A stretch of 45,235 nucleotides of DNA, filler included, from Catajapyx aquilonaris (taxonomy: Eukaryota), in NCBI GenBank assembly GCA_000934665.2. It is 2 parts of 2 records of this genome, joined end to end, with 100 filler letters (N's around TTAATTAATTAA, not from the genome) between each part and the next. Parts side by side here need not be neighbours in the genome. Positions count along the whole stretch, not along the records: positions 1 to 22,682 come from JYFJ02005879.1; positions 22,783 to 45,235 come from JYFJ02005880.1. One strand, 5' to 3'. This document shows, one piece after another, positions 14,309-25,387 of the stretch; the first letter of the stretch is position 1; each line of letters begins with the position of its first letter. Under the pieces are notes generated by a model. It did no database searches and had not been told where the DNA came from. It saw only the letters and a list, made by a program, of their open reading frames with translations. The position numbers were made by a program, and so were the translations under genes.

Positions 14309-15833
14309 CTCTCTTGGGAATTTGCTACACAAAAGACACTGCGGAAAAGTAGACAAAGTATAAAACCTCGCCGAAGTCAGCAGAAACACAGGAATGAAGC
14401 TTGAGAAGGTTGCGTACTCACAGAACATACAGTATGTGTTGTCTGGTTAGCACTGTCCTGTTGGAACACGGAGGGGTAAGACACCACTTGAGTTGACCTG
14501 TGACCCCGTGACAATGACTCATAATCGACCACACGCCCTTCCTTGTCACAGTCATCCTCTCTGGACCTCTACCTCCGAACCATTGATTAAAGATGTAGCA
14601 ATATATATTTTGTTGATTCTCGTTATTCCTTTCACACTTGTTGGTCACCCCAGAAGACGACGCCAATCCGACTCACCTCCACTTTCAAGTTCAACCAGGT
14701 TCAACACATACATGCCGACCCCGCAGAGGGAAGGTTGCAGTTACTGCATTTCGCAGGAGTCACTCTCACTGCCACGATGAGTCCGATATCCGACGTCACT
14801 AATATTTTGGGAAGGCGGTGTCACTTTGTGTGATTACAATGCAGGAAGTCTCATTCGAGAATATCCCTCATCGACATCGCATAGAGAAAGACCATTGAAA
14901 TGTTTCTCATCTGTCTAATAAACTCAGTGAAGCATGTTGGGGAGCGCAGGAAAGAATATGTTGTACAGATTCATACTATCAAGGATATGACGTTTTTCCA
15001 TCAAAATATTGTACATTATTTGATGCTGATGCAGTCACCATCTTACACCTGCACAGTCTCGCACTCTTGTTGCGAGTAATTAAGTCAGTATATGCCACTG
15101 CTGCTGAAAAGATGCCCTCAGTGGTCCTATTTGTGCCTTATCTGCACGTTATGACTGTATGGATGAGATGCGACATCCAGAAGTGCACTTGGACCTACAG
15201 AAGTTATCCTCCTTCCCCTACAGTCGCCTACTACACTGCGCGACACCCGACCTTTAGAGGACCGCATTGGCATTCGGACGAGAGATCTTTTGGCGTAGGT
15301 ACATTACTACCTTTCCTCATTTGTAAATCATTAATATACACAGAGTAATACCAAATCCACGTTATAGTATTTTGCACTGCTGTGGACAGGCCACCTTCCT
15401 TCCAGCTCTGCCATTGACATCACCTCCTCCGGACACTTGATTCATTCACCTGCAACACGGCAGCAGACGGCGTAGTAAGGGTCATGAGGCCTCTCGTTGA
15501 AGCAACAATCATTAGTCATATTATAATGGGTGACCCACCGACAGGTGAAGGGGATGGTCACTGGACATGTTGCTCACTATATCCTGGGCGCACTAAAATC
15601 ATGGCTGCGACAAACTCTAACACTTTCATGGACTATTATTCCCAGCACTGGACTTTTGGAAGAAATATGCACCTTTTCCCAGCTTGCTTCTGCATAGATG
15701 AGAAGTATGGTGAAAATATTTTCGTAGCGGCCATTTTAATGCCGTGAGGGCCACGAGTACGCGAAAGGATTGCATACACAAACATTACCAATAAATATCA
15801 TAATTTATGTCTAATGGAGTAATGGGTGTATGA

Positions 15834-15893
<60 letters not shown>
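15834..15893. repeat. (ATC)n microsatellite
   Basis: About 20 units. Confidence 0.97.
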
Positions 15894-16936
15894 ATGGTTT
15901 TCTGACAAGATCCAAGCAGACCTACATTCAAGTCATGAAAGGAAGATGCTGGTCGATTGCATCCATTTACAACGGGCATGATTCTAATCCCAGTAATAGA
16001 CATACCCTCCTCCTCCATTTTCTACTCATGATTCCCTCTCCAGAGATCGAACCTCCATTCGAGACAGTTTTTCAGTTCGAATCAAGCAAAGTGCTCCATC
16101 GTGCATAGGGGGGGGGGGGAATATCTCCCCTATCAACTTCTGGTCCCCATCTGGCGAGAANCCATCTGGCGAGAAAAGCAGTTCTTTAAATTAAATTATT
16201 ATTGGTACGACGACATTGTTCTTTATTATTATTATTATTATTCAGAAAACGTTACTGCATCTGGTCTAGTTGACTAATTCCACTTCCAAGTCAGATCGGG
16301 CCTACTGTATTACCCCTATCATGGATTCTTCACAAAACCTTAATGTATTCGCCCATGTAAGGACCTGTTTGGCATGCATTAAATTGATAAATTATTATGA
16401 TCCGTGTTAGCAAATGAACGAGCATATTCGCAAACATGCGGTACGTAACCATGGTGAGACTTAATCAAAGGGATCAACATAATATAGTACTTCCCATCAA
16501 GAGGAGCATCCTAATAACTTTCTGTCTGCAAGGGAAGGTTATAATTATAAACTCCACTGCGCAGCAGGGCAGTGTAAGAGATCAGGAAGAAATATCCTGC
16601 TTACCGCCAGAAGAATCAATCATGCAGACGAAGTTTGATGGAAACTGGCCAACAATTTGGTATCTCACTGGAAAGAGAGCCATCAGCCACGTGACTGAAA
16701 CGAGTACCGGTACCAATCACGTGAAGCGAATATTAGTAGTGGTCGAGTGACAACATGTGAGATGGACACGCTCTGGACCAGACAGCAATCGCACCCCTAG
16801 ACGATCACATTCAAGTGACACAAAAAAGGCACAGGTATTTACCCTTCGAGCCTCATTCGGGTGACATTCATGTCACTCATCACATGGCCTTTTACTGTAA
16901 AGAATAACCAGCCTTATTGTGTATTGGAACCCGTGA

Positions 16937-16943
16937 GTTGTTG

Positions 16944-17020
<77 letters not shown>
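16937..17020. repeat. (GTT)n(ATT)n microsatellite
   Basis: Directly visible. Confidence 0.97.
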
Positions 17021-17022
<2 letters not shown>

Positions 17023-17548
17023 ACTCTAGTATATGAAGTGATGCGGTGGAAGGCCAAGACACAATCAACGCACCATCCATTGCTACTTTGATGGTTCCGT
17101 CCTGCAATGATAGCTGGAGAAAAGGTCATCTTGATCGGAGTGACGTGATTCCATCTGCTTCAGATGTTGCAACCATGATCTAGGGCTCTCTAGGCGTTAA
17201 CTTGAAGAACTCCAGGGATGGTGCGCATCGACATATACAATGGCAGACAGAGACAAAGAACCTACAACATCAACCTCCCTCAGGCCGGAAAAGCAAAGGC
17301 AAAGCATCCCACTGACCTATAGTGACCTTCAACAACTATGAAACTGGTAGTCCCCTTGTCATCCCATATGGATTTCTTATAATGACGGGGATACCTATGC
17401 AATATGGAGTACCACCCGTGCAGATATCAACTGATCTAACTACGATGCATTGCTCTCACACGTCAGGCTGTGGAAATCAATAGCAACAATGATAACATAC
17501 TATCATTATTGGTGGGAAAGAGGGAAACCGATGGACGAGTGTCGACTG

Positions 17549-18303
17549 TTTGGTTGCTATAGGGACCGTGTCGTTGCCAATCCAATAACACAAGTTGACC
17601 ACACCATTGCATTGTAACCAACCAGAAGTGCTCACTATATTCTATGTCTATTACGCTGGGCAGTATAAGATAATCAAGTCTGTATCCAAATCTGCCAAAC
17701 AGGAGATGTCCAAGGTCATACCAAAATGCAACGACCGGCGACAGTTCCCGCTTGCAAAGGTACAGAGGAAGACGATGAGGAATCATGGGAAAGAGAAACT
17801 GATACTGTCACTTTTTGCAAAAAAATACAGCTAGTATACGACGAGTTGTTTACCCTTGACTGTCTGCCATCTGAAAGGAGCGAGGAGAAGGTCACCTGTG
17901 CACACCACGGCTTGAGTTGACCTCTGACCTGGCTGGATCGACGAGAACGCGTCCAGTCCTGCCCGTGTCATCCACTCGACTGCGACTGGTTGGAAAATAA
18001 TGTTCGTCGAAGCGACTGTTTGGAACGCCGGTTGCCAAGGGAACAACAACACCCCAGGCGCAAACCTGTTGGCAACAACTGTTTGGGTCCCTCAAGCATT
18101 GTTGCCAGCACGGGCTTGGAAACAAAACATTATTGATTTCCCCGTTGCCATGGGAGACGGGCCTATTGTTGACGACACTTGAGTTCGTTCTATTCCAGAG
18201 TTGGACAGGGTCAGAGGTTGGTGGTCGCTCTTCTTCCGGATAAAGTCGGTCCACTCGATAGTCAGCATAGAGGTCAGGTCACAGGTCTTGCTGTGTTAGG
18301 TCA
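17549..18303. promoter_or_regulatory. Candidate enhancer/promoter with clustered RFX X-boxes and nuclear-receptor DR1 sites
   Basis: X-box-like sites are GTTGCTATAGGGAC (17553), GTTGCCAAGGGAAC (18031) and GTTGCCATGGGAGAC (18144). A perfect DR1 TGACCTcTGACCT lies at 17918-17930 and AGGTCAcAGGTCT at 18276-18288. TATAAGA is at 17664. Confidence 0.4.
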
Positions 18304-18592
18304 CTGGTAAACTGCCATTGCTCAAAATGAGTCCGGCACCTGACACCCGGCTCATCAAGGGCCCCACAGATGGGCTGATTTTCATGGTCTGGATCGAGTT
18401 CTATCGTGATATTAATATGCCTTTAATACATGCAATTTATTCCTTCATCATCGATTCACATTGTTTTGGGCAATAAGGTCAGTTTCTGTAATGCAATTTT
18501 CGCATTCAAACTCTGTTTCCCGTTTTATTAGTGCTTGGTCGCATATAGTTGCTTATTAGTGTCCCTCACGTCGCCCCCGAGGCCATATCGAG

Positions 18593-18657
<65 letters not shown>
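18593..18657. repeat. (AAT)n microsatellite
   Basis: Directly visible. Confidence 0.97.
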
Positions 18658-19394
18658 CCTTGAGCTACTAGGATATGGCGTAATGTGTGCAGACAGAGTC
18701 TGAGGCCACCTAAAGCCTTGCCGTAACAATGCTCCAGTGGTGCATTTATATATGGAATGCAAATTGTGTCATTTTCTGAACGGGCAACATGCATAACGTT
18801 CCTTGCCTATTTGAGAGTCTGTATGTACTGCATCAAGTGGGGTGACGATATCTGTTCGTGGCCTGTGTCCATCGGAGTCGTACAGTGTACCGTTTATTGT
18901 AGTACATCGTACTATCTTTTTGGCATTATTTTTTTGTTCTAGCCAGAGTACTTAAATATTGTCAGCCAGCCTTCTTCCTCTACCTCAATATTATGTCCTG
19001 ACAACTCTGACTGGTCAAGTTGGACACATCATGCAGAAGAAGGCAACTATAGTGTGTCCCATCTTCTTCCTCTTTTGGAAGCCACAGTTCTATTGCAGTC
19101 GGTTTCGTTTCTCGCATTTTCCTGTCATAAAAACCTCAAGGCCGTACGAGTATCCGAAGGACTCGTTCGACCCGATCTCTATTCTGGGAATTCATAAAAC
19201 ATAGTGTAATTGGACACGAATTCCGCTGGAAACAGAGCTTATTTCCTTAATGAGGGACTTTTATGCCCGTTGCATTAGTCAGGTACGCCCATGTATGACC
19301 AAGAATATGCCATAATTTGGTATGTCTGCCGGAACCGGAAAAGTTTTCTGCAAAATACTCGTACGTGTTTTTGATATATTAGGATCTTTTACTA

Positions 19395-19570
19395 TAGAAG
19401 AGGCGGAGTGGCGCTGCGCATGCGCCCACGGATGTAAGGGTCCCGGGTTCGATCCCAAGCCCGGGCTTTCCCCCCCTTCATCTCGTGCAGAGGTTGGGTC
19501 GTCTCTGGCTTCGTCTCGGGTGGAATCTCCGAGAGACTAATCCACCCTGGGGTGAGTTCACAAAATGTGC
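19395..19570 (+). mobile_element. tRNA-derived SINE-like fragment
   Basis: An A-box-like GGCGGAGTGG (~19402) and a B-box GGTTCGATCC (19446-19455) are at Pol III spacing, followed by a GC-rich body. The 3' boundary is uncertain. Confidence 0.5.
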
Positions 19571-19979
19571 CGTTTCAGACATTGCACTTGCACGTCTTGC
19601 AGTCCCAGTCACCCTTCCCTCGCTCGCGGGCGTTACGGAAAAGGACCAACAAAATGCTTCGAGGTCATAGTTTGGTCCTATGTTCGGCGACCATGTTGTG
19701 TATCAGTGTCGTTCCTGTTACTCTAGAGATGTTTTTGGGTCGACCCTGGACTCCATGCTAGTGATTAAAGACATGCGAATCTAAATGACGGGAAGCTCTT
19801 GGGTCATCCACAGGCTCAGCAGAGCGAGGGCAACTACAGGCTCTGGTCGTCCATATTTTTAAAGCCCTGCTGGTTTGTATTTGGAGTTGTGTTTATTATA
19901 ATGATTGCAAGGCCCAAGGGACATCAATAATGTCGTCATTTCTATAAGAGAGCTACAATAACAATGGTAATAAATGTGC

Positions 19980-20052
<73 letters not shown>
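19980..20052. repeat. (AAT)n microsatellite
   Basis: About 24 units. Confidence 0.97.
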
Positions 20053-20057
<5 letters not shown>

Positions 20058-20200
20058 CAGGTTTAGGTCTTCTAATCATACGAGTGCCTGACGCAATAAT
20101 GCGATTTGCCAGACACTTTTTCCGTTTCCGACTAATGAGGTTATTGTCATGTGCTGGGGAATACCAAGTAATATTATCCGCGGATGTTGCCGCATGTGAC

Positions 20201-20240
20201 TGTCCAATGCCTGTCCAATGTCCAATGTCCAATGTCCAAT
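20201..20240. repeat. (TGTCCAA)n 7-bp minisatellite
   Basis: Five copies of TGTCCAA, four of them in perfect tandem. Confidence 0.9.
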
Positions 20241-22168
20241 TATTGTATTGTCGCAATGTCACGATCACTTTTTTGTCGCCTGATCGCACACAATTTGTCA
20301 AAAAAATCTGTCTTCTCATCGAGAAGATGTGTTTGTACATTGTGGTTGTCACCTGCAACAATACCTCCATACAAATAAAAAAAAGTGATTTAATGGCATG
20401 GGAAAGGCCCCCTAGTTGTGGAAATCTGTCTCATTCACAGGCAAAATAATATTGTTAATAAGTAAAAGGTTTGTTGACTTCATGGTAATAATGAACGGTG
20501 GTATGGCAGTTACGAGCTAATCAAGTGTATAGGCACAGTGCTATCAATAACGCTTAGCACGAGTCCATAATTACGTAAACAAACAGCATCTTATCTATCC
20601 TCTTGGCTGATGTGAGGGTCTGTGATAGTCTTCATGGGCGTTGTAATTGTGAAATTATTCTTCTGTACCGAGTCATTTACTCATAATTATATTGTCTCCA
20701 TTTCTACGTCAGTCAAGGCTCATTCCAACCTAAACTGCTGGATCCATACATTAGCACATGGCTCATCTATAGGGCCTTTTTGTTAATCCCATATAGAATG
20801 TCGCCATTTTGCCGGAGAGTGATCTTCCAACGCGCAGATGGAGAGCTATACTGATCATGATTGTTGTCCACGCACCACTGTTGTTGCGAAGGCACTGATC
20901 CAGGGTAAAATATATTTATTGTAAATGGCTTTAACAAGATAGTCATTTACGTCATTTCATATCCAGGAATCTATAGGATGACTTGCAATAATTATGATTG
21001 AAAATGTATGAGTAAGAAGTTGTGATTTTGTTCAGGGATTGTGGAACGCACTCAATGGTTTGCACTTTGCACCATGCGTCGCCCATGCTTCTGTAGCCTG
21101 GTTGAGGGCTCTCAGTGACACTATTTCCCATGATTGATATTCCAAAGTTCAATGTTGTATGTCTAACGGAAATGTAGTATCTAAAAACAGTGTTAGTGAC
21201 GGCGGGCGAAGGTTACTAGACCAGTCAGACACTCCGAGAGTGATTGTGTCCCACCGCAGCCACAGTCACGCATCAAACTAAGAGTCGCCTTTTCATTGGA
21301 CACTATACAGCTGCAAGAACTTATGGCGGTAGAGGAGGTCAATGACTGGCATAAACTACAGCTGATGGAATGATGTATGTCACTCTGATCAAGACGATCA
21401 TTTCCACTCTAACAATGTCGGCCGTTCTTATTCGGACGACACCAATAAACTCCAATAACTGAAATCATGTTCTTCTAAACCTTTAGAAGAAAGTGTCTCA
21501 GAAGGCATGTCATCTTCTCAGAGCAGTTTGACAAAATGGCAAGTCGTGTCATCCTGATCTGAATAATAAATCACCAATAACAATGACAGGATAAGCATCC
21601 AGACGGAGTGTGACATTAAACAGAATTAAACACACTTTACTCGTAAAAGGCAGATGCATAAAAATACCATAACCTACTGGTGTATGAAATATTTTTGTCA
21701 CTTGCCTCCGGTGGTATATTATTTTAATATATACCACCGGAGCGGAGGCTCACAGAGCTCTGCTGGCCATGTATTGTGGTGTTTTTGCACTTGATTAATA
21801 TATAATATTTATGGAGAAGAATATAAACTGTCTCTACACATTTTGTTCGGTGACCATTTGCACAGGGTCCTTTGCACAGCGCAGCGTCCAGTATGCCAAG
21901 ATCTGTTCCGGAACAGGCACAAAATGTATTTGGTTGCTATAAGGACATTCGTATTGCCAATCTAAATTCTTCTTCTGGTTTCAGTTGAAATAGGCATGAT
22001 ATTAGTACGGGAGTGTATTGACCCCCATTATTTTATTATAGTGGACTTGACAACAGAAGATCAGTAATCTCGTTATTCGGTGTCCTTTCTGCCATGTGCA
22101 AGTGACCAGAGGTTGGTTCTTTCCAAGTGGAACAAAGCAGGCTTTGATCTAAACGGACGGTTACACAT

Positions 22169-22174
22169 TTTATT
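22169..22174 (-). terminator. Polyadenylation signal AATAAA of the takeout-like gene
   Basis: AATAAA lies on the minus strand about 42 nt after the stop codon. Confidence 0.6.
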
Positions 22175-22215
22175 TTCGATGGTGTTAGTCATTGCAATCA
22201 ATATTTATCGTTGCG

Positions 22216-22400
22216 TTAGGTGCCAATGTTGAACTCTTTGGCGAGGAACTCCTTTCCGATGATGTCCTCGAAGGCGATGTTTCTGAGGAACCGGTTCAGG
22301 TCCTTCCCCACGATAGGTATGAAGCTCTTCCGGATAGACGGCGTGAGCACGTCCACCATCAGGTCCAGGTTCTGGTTTACGAACGCGGCTCCAGCCTCGC
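22216..22400 (-). CDS. Terminal coding exon of a takeout / juvenile-hormone-binding-protein (JHBP, TULIP fold) family gene
   Basis: The minus strand has a pyrimidine-rich acceptor TGTGTTTGTCCACCAG, then a phase-1 exon reading (G)EAGAAFVNQNLDLMVDVLTPSIRKSFIPIVGKDLNRFLRNIAFEDIIGKEFLAKEFNIGT*. Third positions are strongly GC-biased. The pattern G-E-x4-F-V-N-x-N ... P-x-I ... N-x-F ... F-E-D-I resembles the C-terminal helix of takeout/JHBP proteins (recognised by eye). Upstream exons were not found because the sequence ends at the linker. Confidence 0.72.
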
Positions 22401-22682
22401 CTGGTGGACAAACACACGAACAGGATTAATGTGATGTACTTTTGAGTTCTGAGCTGGGAGAATAGCAGCGTCTTAACCCGCCTAATTGCACGTCTAATTT
22501 AGGAAGTGTTCAGCAAAGTTGTCACTTTACGGGTTAAACGAAATACTTGGCTACACTATTCGGATTAGACGCGCACATCTCACTCACAAGGGGGGGACAT
22601 GAAGTGGACTCTGTCAGATTTGCATGAAACGTGCACAGTAGGTGTATCACAGGCCTACAATTTCACTGGTATGGGCCATTTT

Positions 22683-22782
22683 NNNNNNNNNNNNNNNNNN
22701 NNNNNNNNNNNNNNNNNNNNNNNNNNTTAATTAATTAANNNNNNNNNNNNNNNNNNNNNNNNNNNNNNNNNNNNNNNNNNNN
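22683..22782. other. Artificial 100-nt contig-joining linker
   Basis: 44 N + TTAATTAATTAA (stops in all six frames) + 44 N totals exactly 100 nt. Confidence 0.95.
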
Positions 22783-22879
22783 AGAAAACCACGGTCAGAG
22801 TTGCCGGCCCCGGGATTCGAACCCAGGACCTCCCGATTAGCAGTCGGACGCCTTATCCACTATGCCAACCTGCTTCGGT
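22783..22879 (-). mobile_element. tRNA-derived SINE head, truncated at the linker
   Basis: The minus strand reads ACCGAAGCAGGTTGGCATAGTGGATAAGGCGTCCGACTGCTAATCGGGAGGTCCTGGGTTCGAATCCCGGGGCCGG. It has A and B boxes, an anticodon-like arm and a T arm, but a poor acceptor stem, and it continues into a ...GTGGTTTTCT body. Confidence 0.75.
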
Positions 22880-23707
22880 TCTTGATGGCTGTAACTTATA
22901 TACGTATAGTGTGACGTGCACTTTAGATGTTTGATTAGTCGGACGGTGGTGACTGCGAAATATGGCAAGACCGATCAAGACCCAGCACGATATGTACTGT
23001 AGTTAGTCGACGCTCGAAATGCATGGTCCTTTATTCATATTTACCCGAAACAGTTCGTAGTTCTGATGCGTGGGATATGATCAGTCGTATACCTGATTCG
23101 CATATATACTCGGCTCAAGTTTTCAACGCGTTCTCTGTAACGCAGTTTTATCTCTGATGCTCAACCACGAGTATTGCATTTCTATAGTGTCATTTCCAAT
23201 AATTTATTGCTGCTAAAAAGGTTCTGTACTCCGCATAAAAATATTCGAGTTATTGGCCCACAGACATGGATGGTTTTCCCTCTGATTGGATCATCAATAG
23301 ATTTCCACCATCATATTGACCTCTACTTTATAGGCCTACATTGCCTGCTGGTCCAGATTATTATTTTTTGACTTGTATTATAGGCAGCGGGCATTCCTGC
23401 GCAAAAAATAATTATTGAATATACCTCGCCGGAAAACTTCTTCTGCGGAGGCGAGCTAAGAGTGAGTAATAATATTTGTGCCGGTTTTCGGTCAGTCGGG
23501 GTGAGGGCGAGGGGTATATGCCGTATGAATAGGACGCCGTGACTCTTAAGCAGTTTATATAATGTATTACGTCATTAAAAGCTGGATTGTTGAGTCGTGC
23601 TTCTTACTATGAAGAGTGTGACTTTTTATCGCAGCAGATGCAGCAGAGATAAGAGGCTGTCGCTTTTGAGCTACATAGTGTACGTCTATGCGATGGTAAT
23701 GTGCTTA

Positions 23708-24673
23708 CACTCAAAAAACAATTTACCTGTAGTAGCAAAAATTATGGCTCCCTCAGCTAAAATTTTTGGCTCTATATGACGCTCCTAAAAATTTATCTGC
23801 CACAGATAAAAAATATAGGAACAGAAATTTACCTGCCACAGATATATTTTTATCCGTGAGAGACAAACAAACGTGCTCTAGCAGACAGGGAATATACAGC
23901 TGTCACTGCTAAACACAATTTATCTGGAACATTTTAGCTATGGCAGCTATAATTCTTTTACTATAGCAACTGTACTGTTTAGCTGAAATACCTCCTTTTC
24001 ATATACTTTATTTAAATAATGGTAAAATCCACTAGAATAAAATGCAAAGTACACTATAAGCCCCCAAGAGTCCAGGAGATCGTCCACTGTGTCGGTATCC
24101 ATCCTGCATGCACAGCAGCTGCACCGCAGAAAGCCAGAAACAGACAAGCGCGTGTCGAGGTGTGTCGAGACCAGGACTGCTCTGCACTATGCGACTATGG
24201 CGCCCGCCGCACAGCCCGCACTGCTCCTGATCTATACTCATGTTACGTCCTCTTCAAAGATACATGTTTGAAGAGGACGGATGTTTTATACATTGCTTAT
24301 AATTACAAATTAAGCCGTGATTTTAGCTTGTTTTTCAACATATGTTTGACGATGGAATCTGCACATTTACGTATATCTCATTGTTTTCCGACCGGACGCG
24401 GCGCGCGCAGCTTCTTCACGTCTAGCATTTTCGCCCTCCCAGCAGAACATTAGCTGTGTCAGGCAAAGGCCTCTAACACGCTTTACTGGTACAGCTAAAT
24501 GCTCTGACTCTCTCAGCTATAAGCAACAGTAAGAATATATGGCTCTGACAGGTACATACGTTGCCAAAGGCAGGTTAACTACATGCCTGCTCCAGCTGAA
24601 CTTGCATCTGGGACAGCTAAAATGCGGTTGCTAAAAATTATTTGCTGTCACAGCCATATCCTTTTTTTGAGTG
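23708..24673. mobile_element. 966-bp non-autonomous CACTA/EnSpm(CMC)-like element
   Basis: The termini are TA|CACTCAAAAAA ... TTTTTTGAGTG|TA, with many subterminal CAGCT/CAGAT/CTGT repeats near both ends. No transposase is encoded. Confidence 0.75.
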
Positions 24674-24675
24674 TA

Positions 24676-25063
24676 GACTCAAAAAAGTGACGTTTTCAGA
24701 TTTATTCTGGTGTTTGTTTGACAAGATCTACCAGCATACCAAATTTCAGCATCCTAGGACCACTGGAAGTTACGTATAATTTTGATGATCAGTCAGTCAG
24801 TCAGTGAGTCAGTCAGTGAGTGTCATATTTTGGCCGTTTCGGGAGTTTTTAGGATTTTTAAAGTCGGAAATGAAAAGAGATATGAAGATGGAGGTAAGGG
24901 GGCATTATTTTTAATCGATTTTTATCTACCCAAATAAAAAATATGAAGCCACACCCATGTTCACCAGTGCGAAGATTCGAGGGGTCAAAATGACGTGAGT
25001 TGTGTCGGGTAAAGGTGGTCCGGCAGTGCGGCGAGAACTTGGCGGGGGCACTGCCGTGCCCCC
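24676..25063 (+). mobile_element. Helentron/DINE-1-like non-autonomous element, 3' portion
   Basis: It has an ATACCAAATTTCAGC core, an internal (GTCA/GTGA)n microsatellite at about 24788-24822, and a terminal hairpin GGGGGCAC-tgcc-GTGCCCCC (25044-25063) followed by T-rich sequence. Confidence 0.6.
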
Positions 25064-25102
25064 TAATTTTGGCATTGAAAGTAACCTACCCTTTTTTGCG
25101 GG

Positions 25103-25308
25103 TTTTTCCTTTAATTCTGAGCTTTTCTCTATACTATAAGCTGCTTATTTTTAAGCAGTTACTTTGCATGCTAACATTTCGTGCTGAGCTGCTTAATAGT
25201 ATTAGTTTGCGTATACCCATCTTTTAAAAAGAAGGTTAGCATGCAAAGTAACTGCTTAAAAATAAGCAGCTTATAGTATAGAGAAAAGCTCTGAATTAAA
25301 TGGAAAAC
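25103..25308. repeat. Long inverted repeat (foldback/MITE-like), ~73-bp arms and ~59-bp spacer
   Basis: 25103-25175 is near-perfectly complementary to 25235-25308. The core GAGCTTTTCTCTATACTATAAGCTGCTTATTTTTAAGCAGTTACTTTGCATGCTAAC matches exactly. Confidence 0.9.
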
Positions 25309-25387
25309 TTTATATTCTAAATTTTTAGACGCATGGCAATGTTAAATTATTTCAAAGTGATGTAAGTGACATGTTCACTGGCAGATA

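Noticed and set aside
16147..16175. 14-bp direct repeat CCATCTGGCGAGAA
   Set aside because: The copies flank a single n, which marks a contig-overlap artefact.
22783..22879. Functional tRNA-Ser(GCT)
   Set aside because: It has no long variable arm and a poor acceptor stem, and it continues into a SINE-like body.
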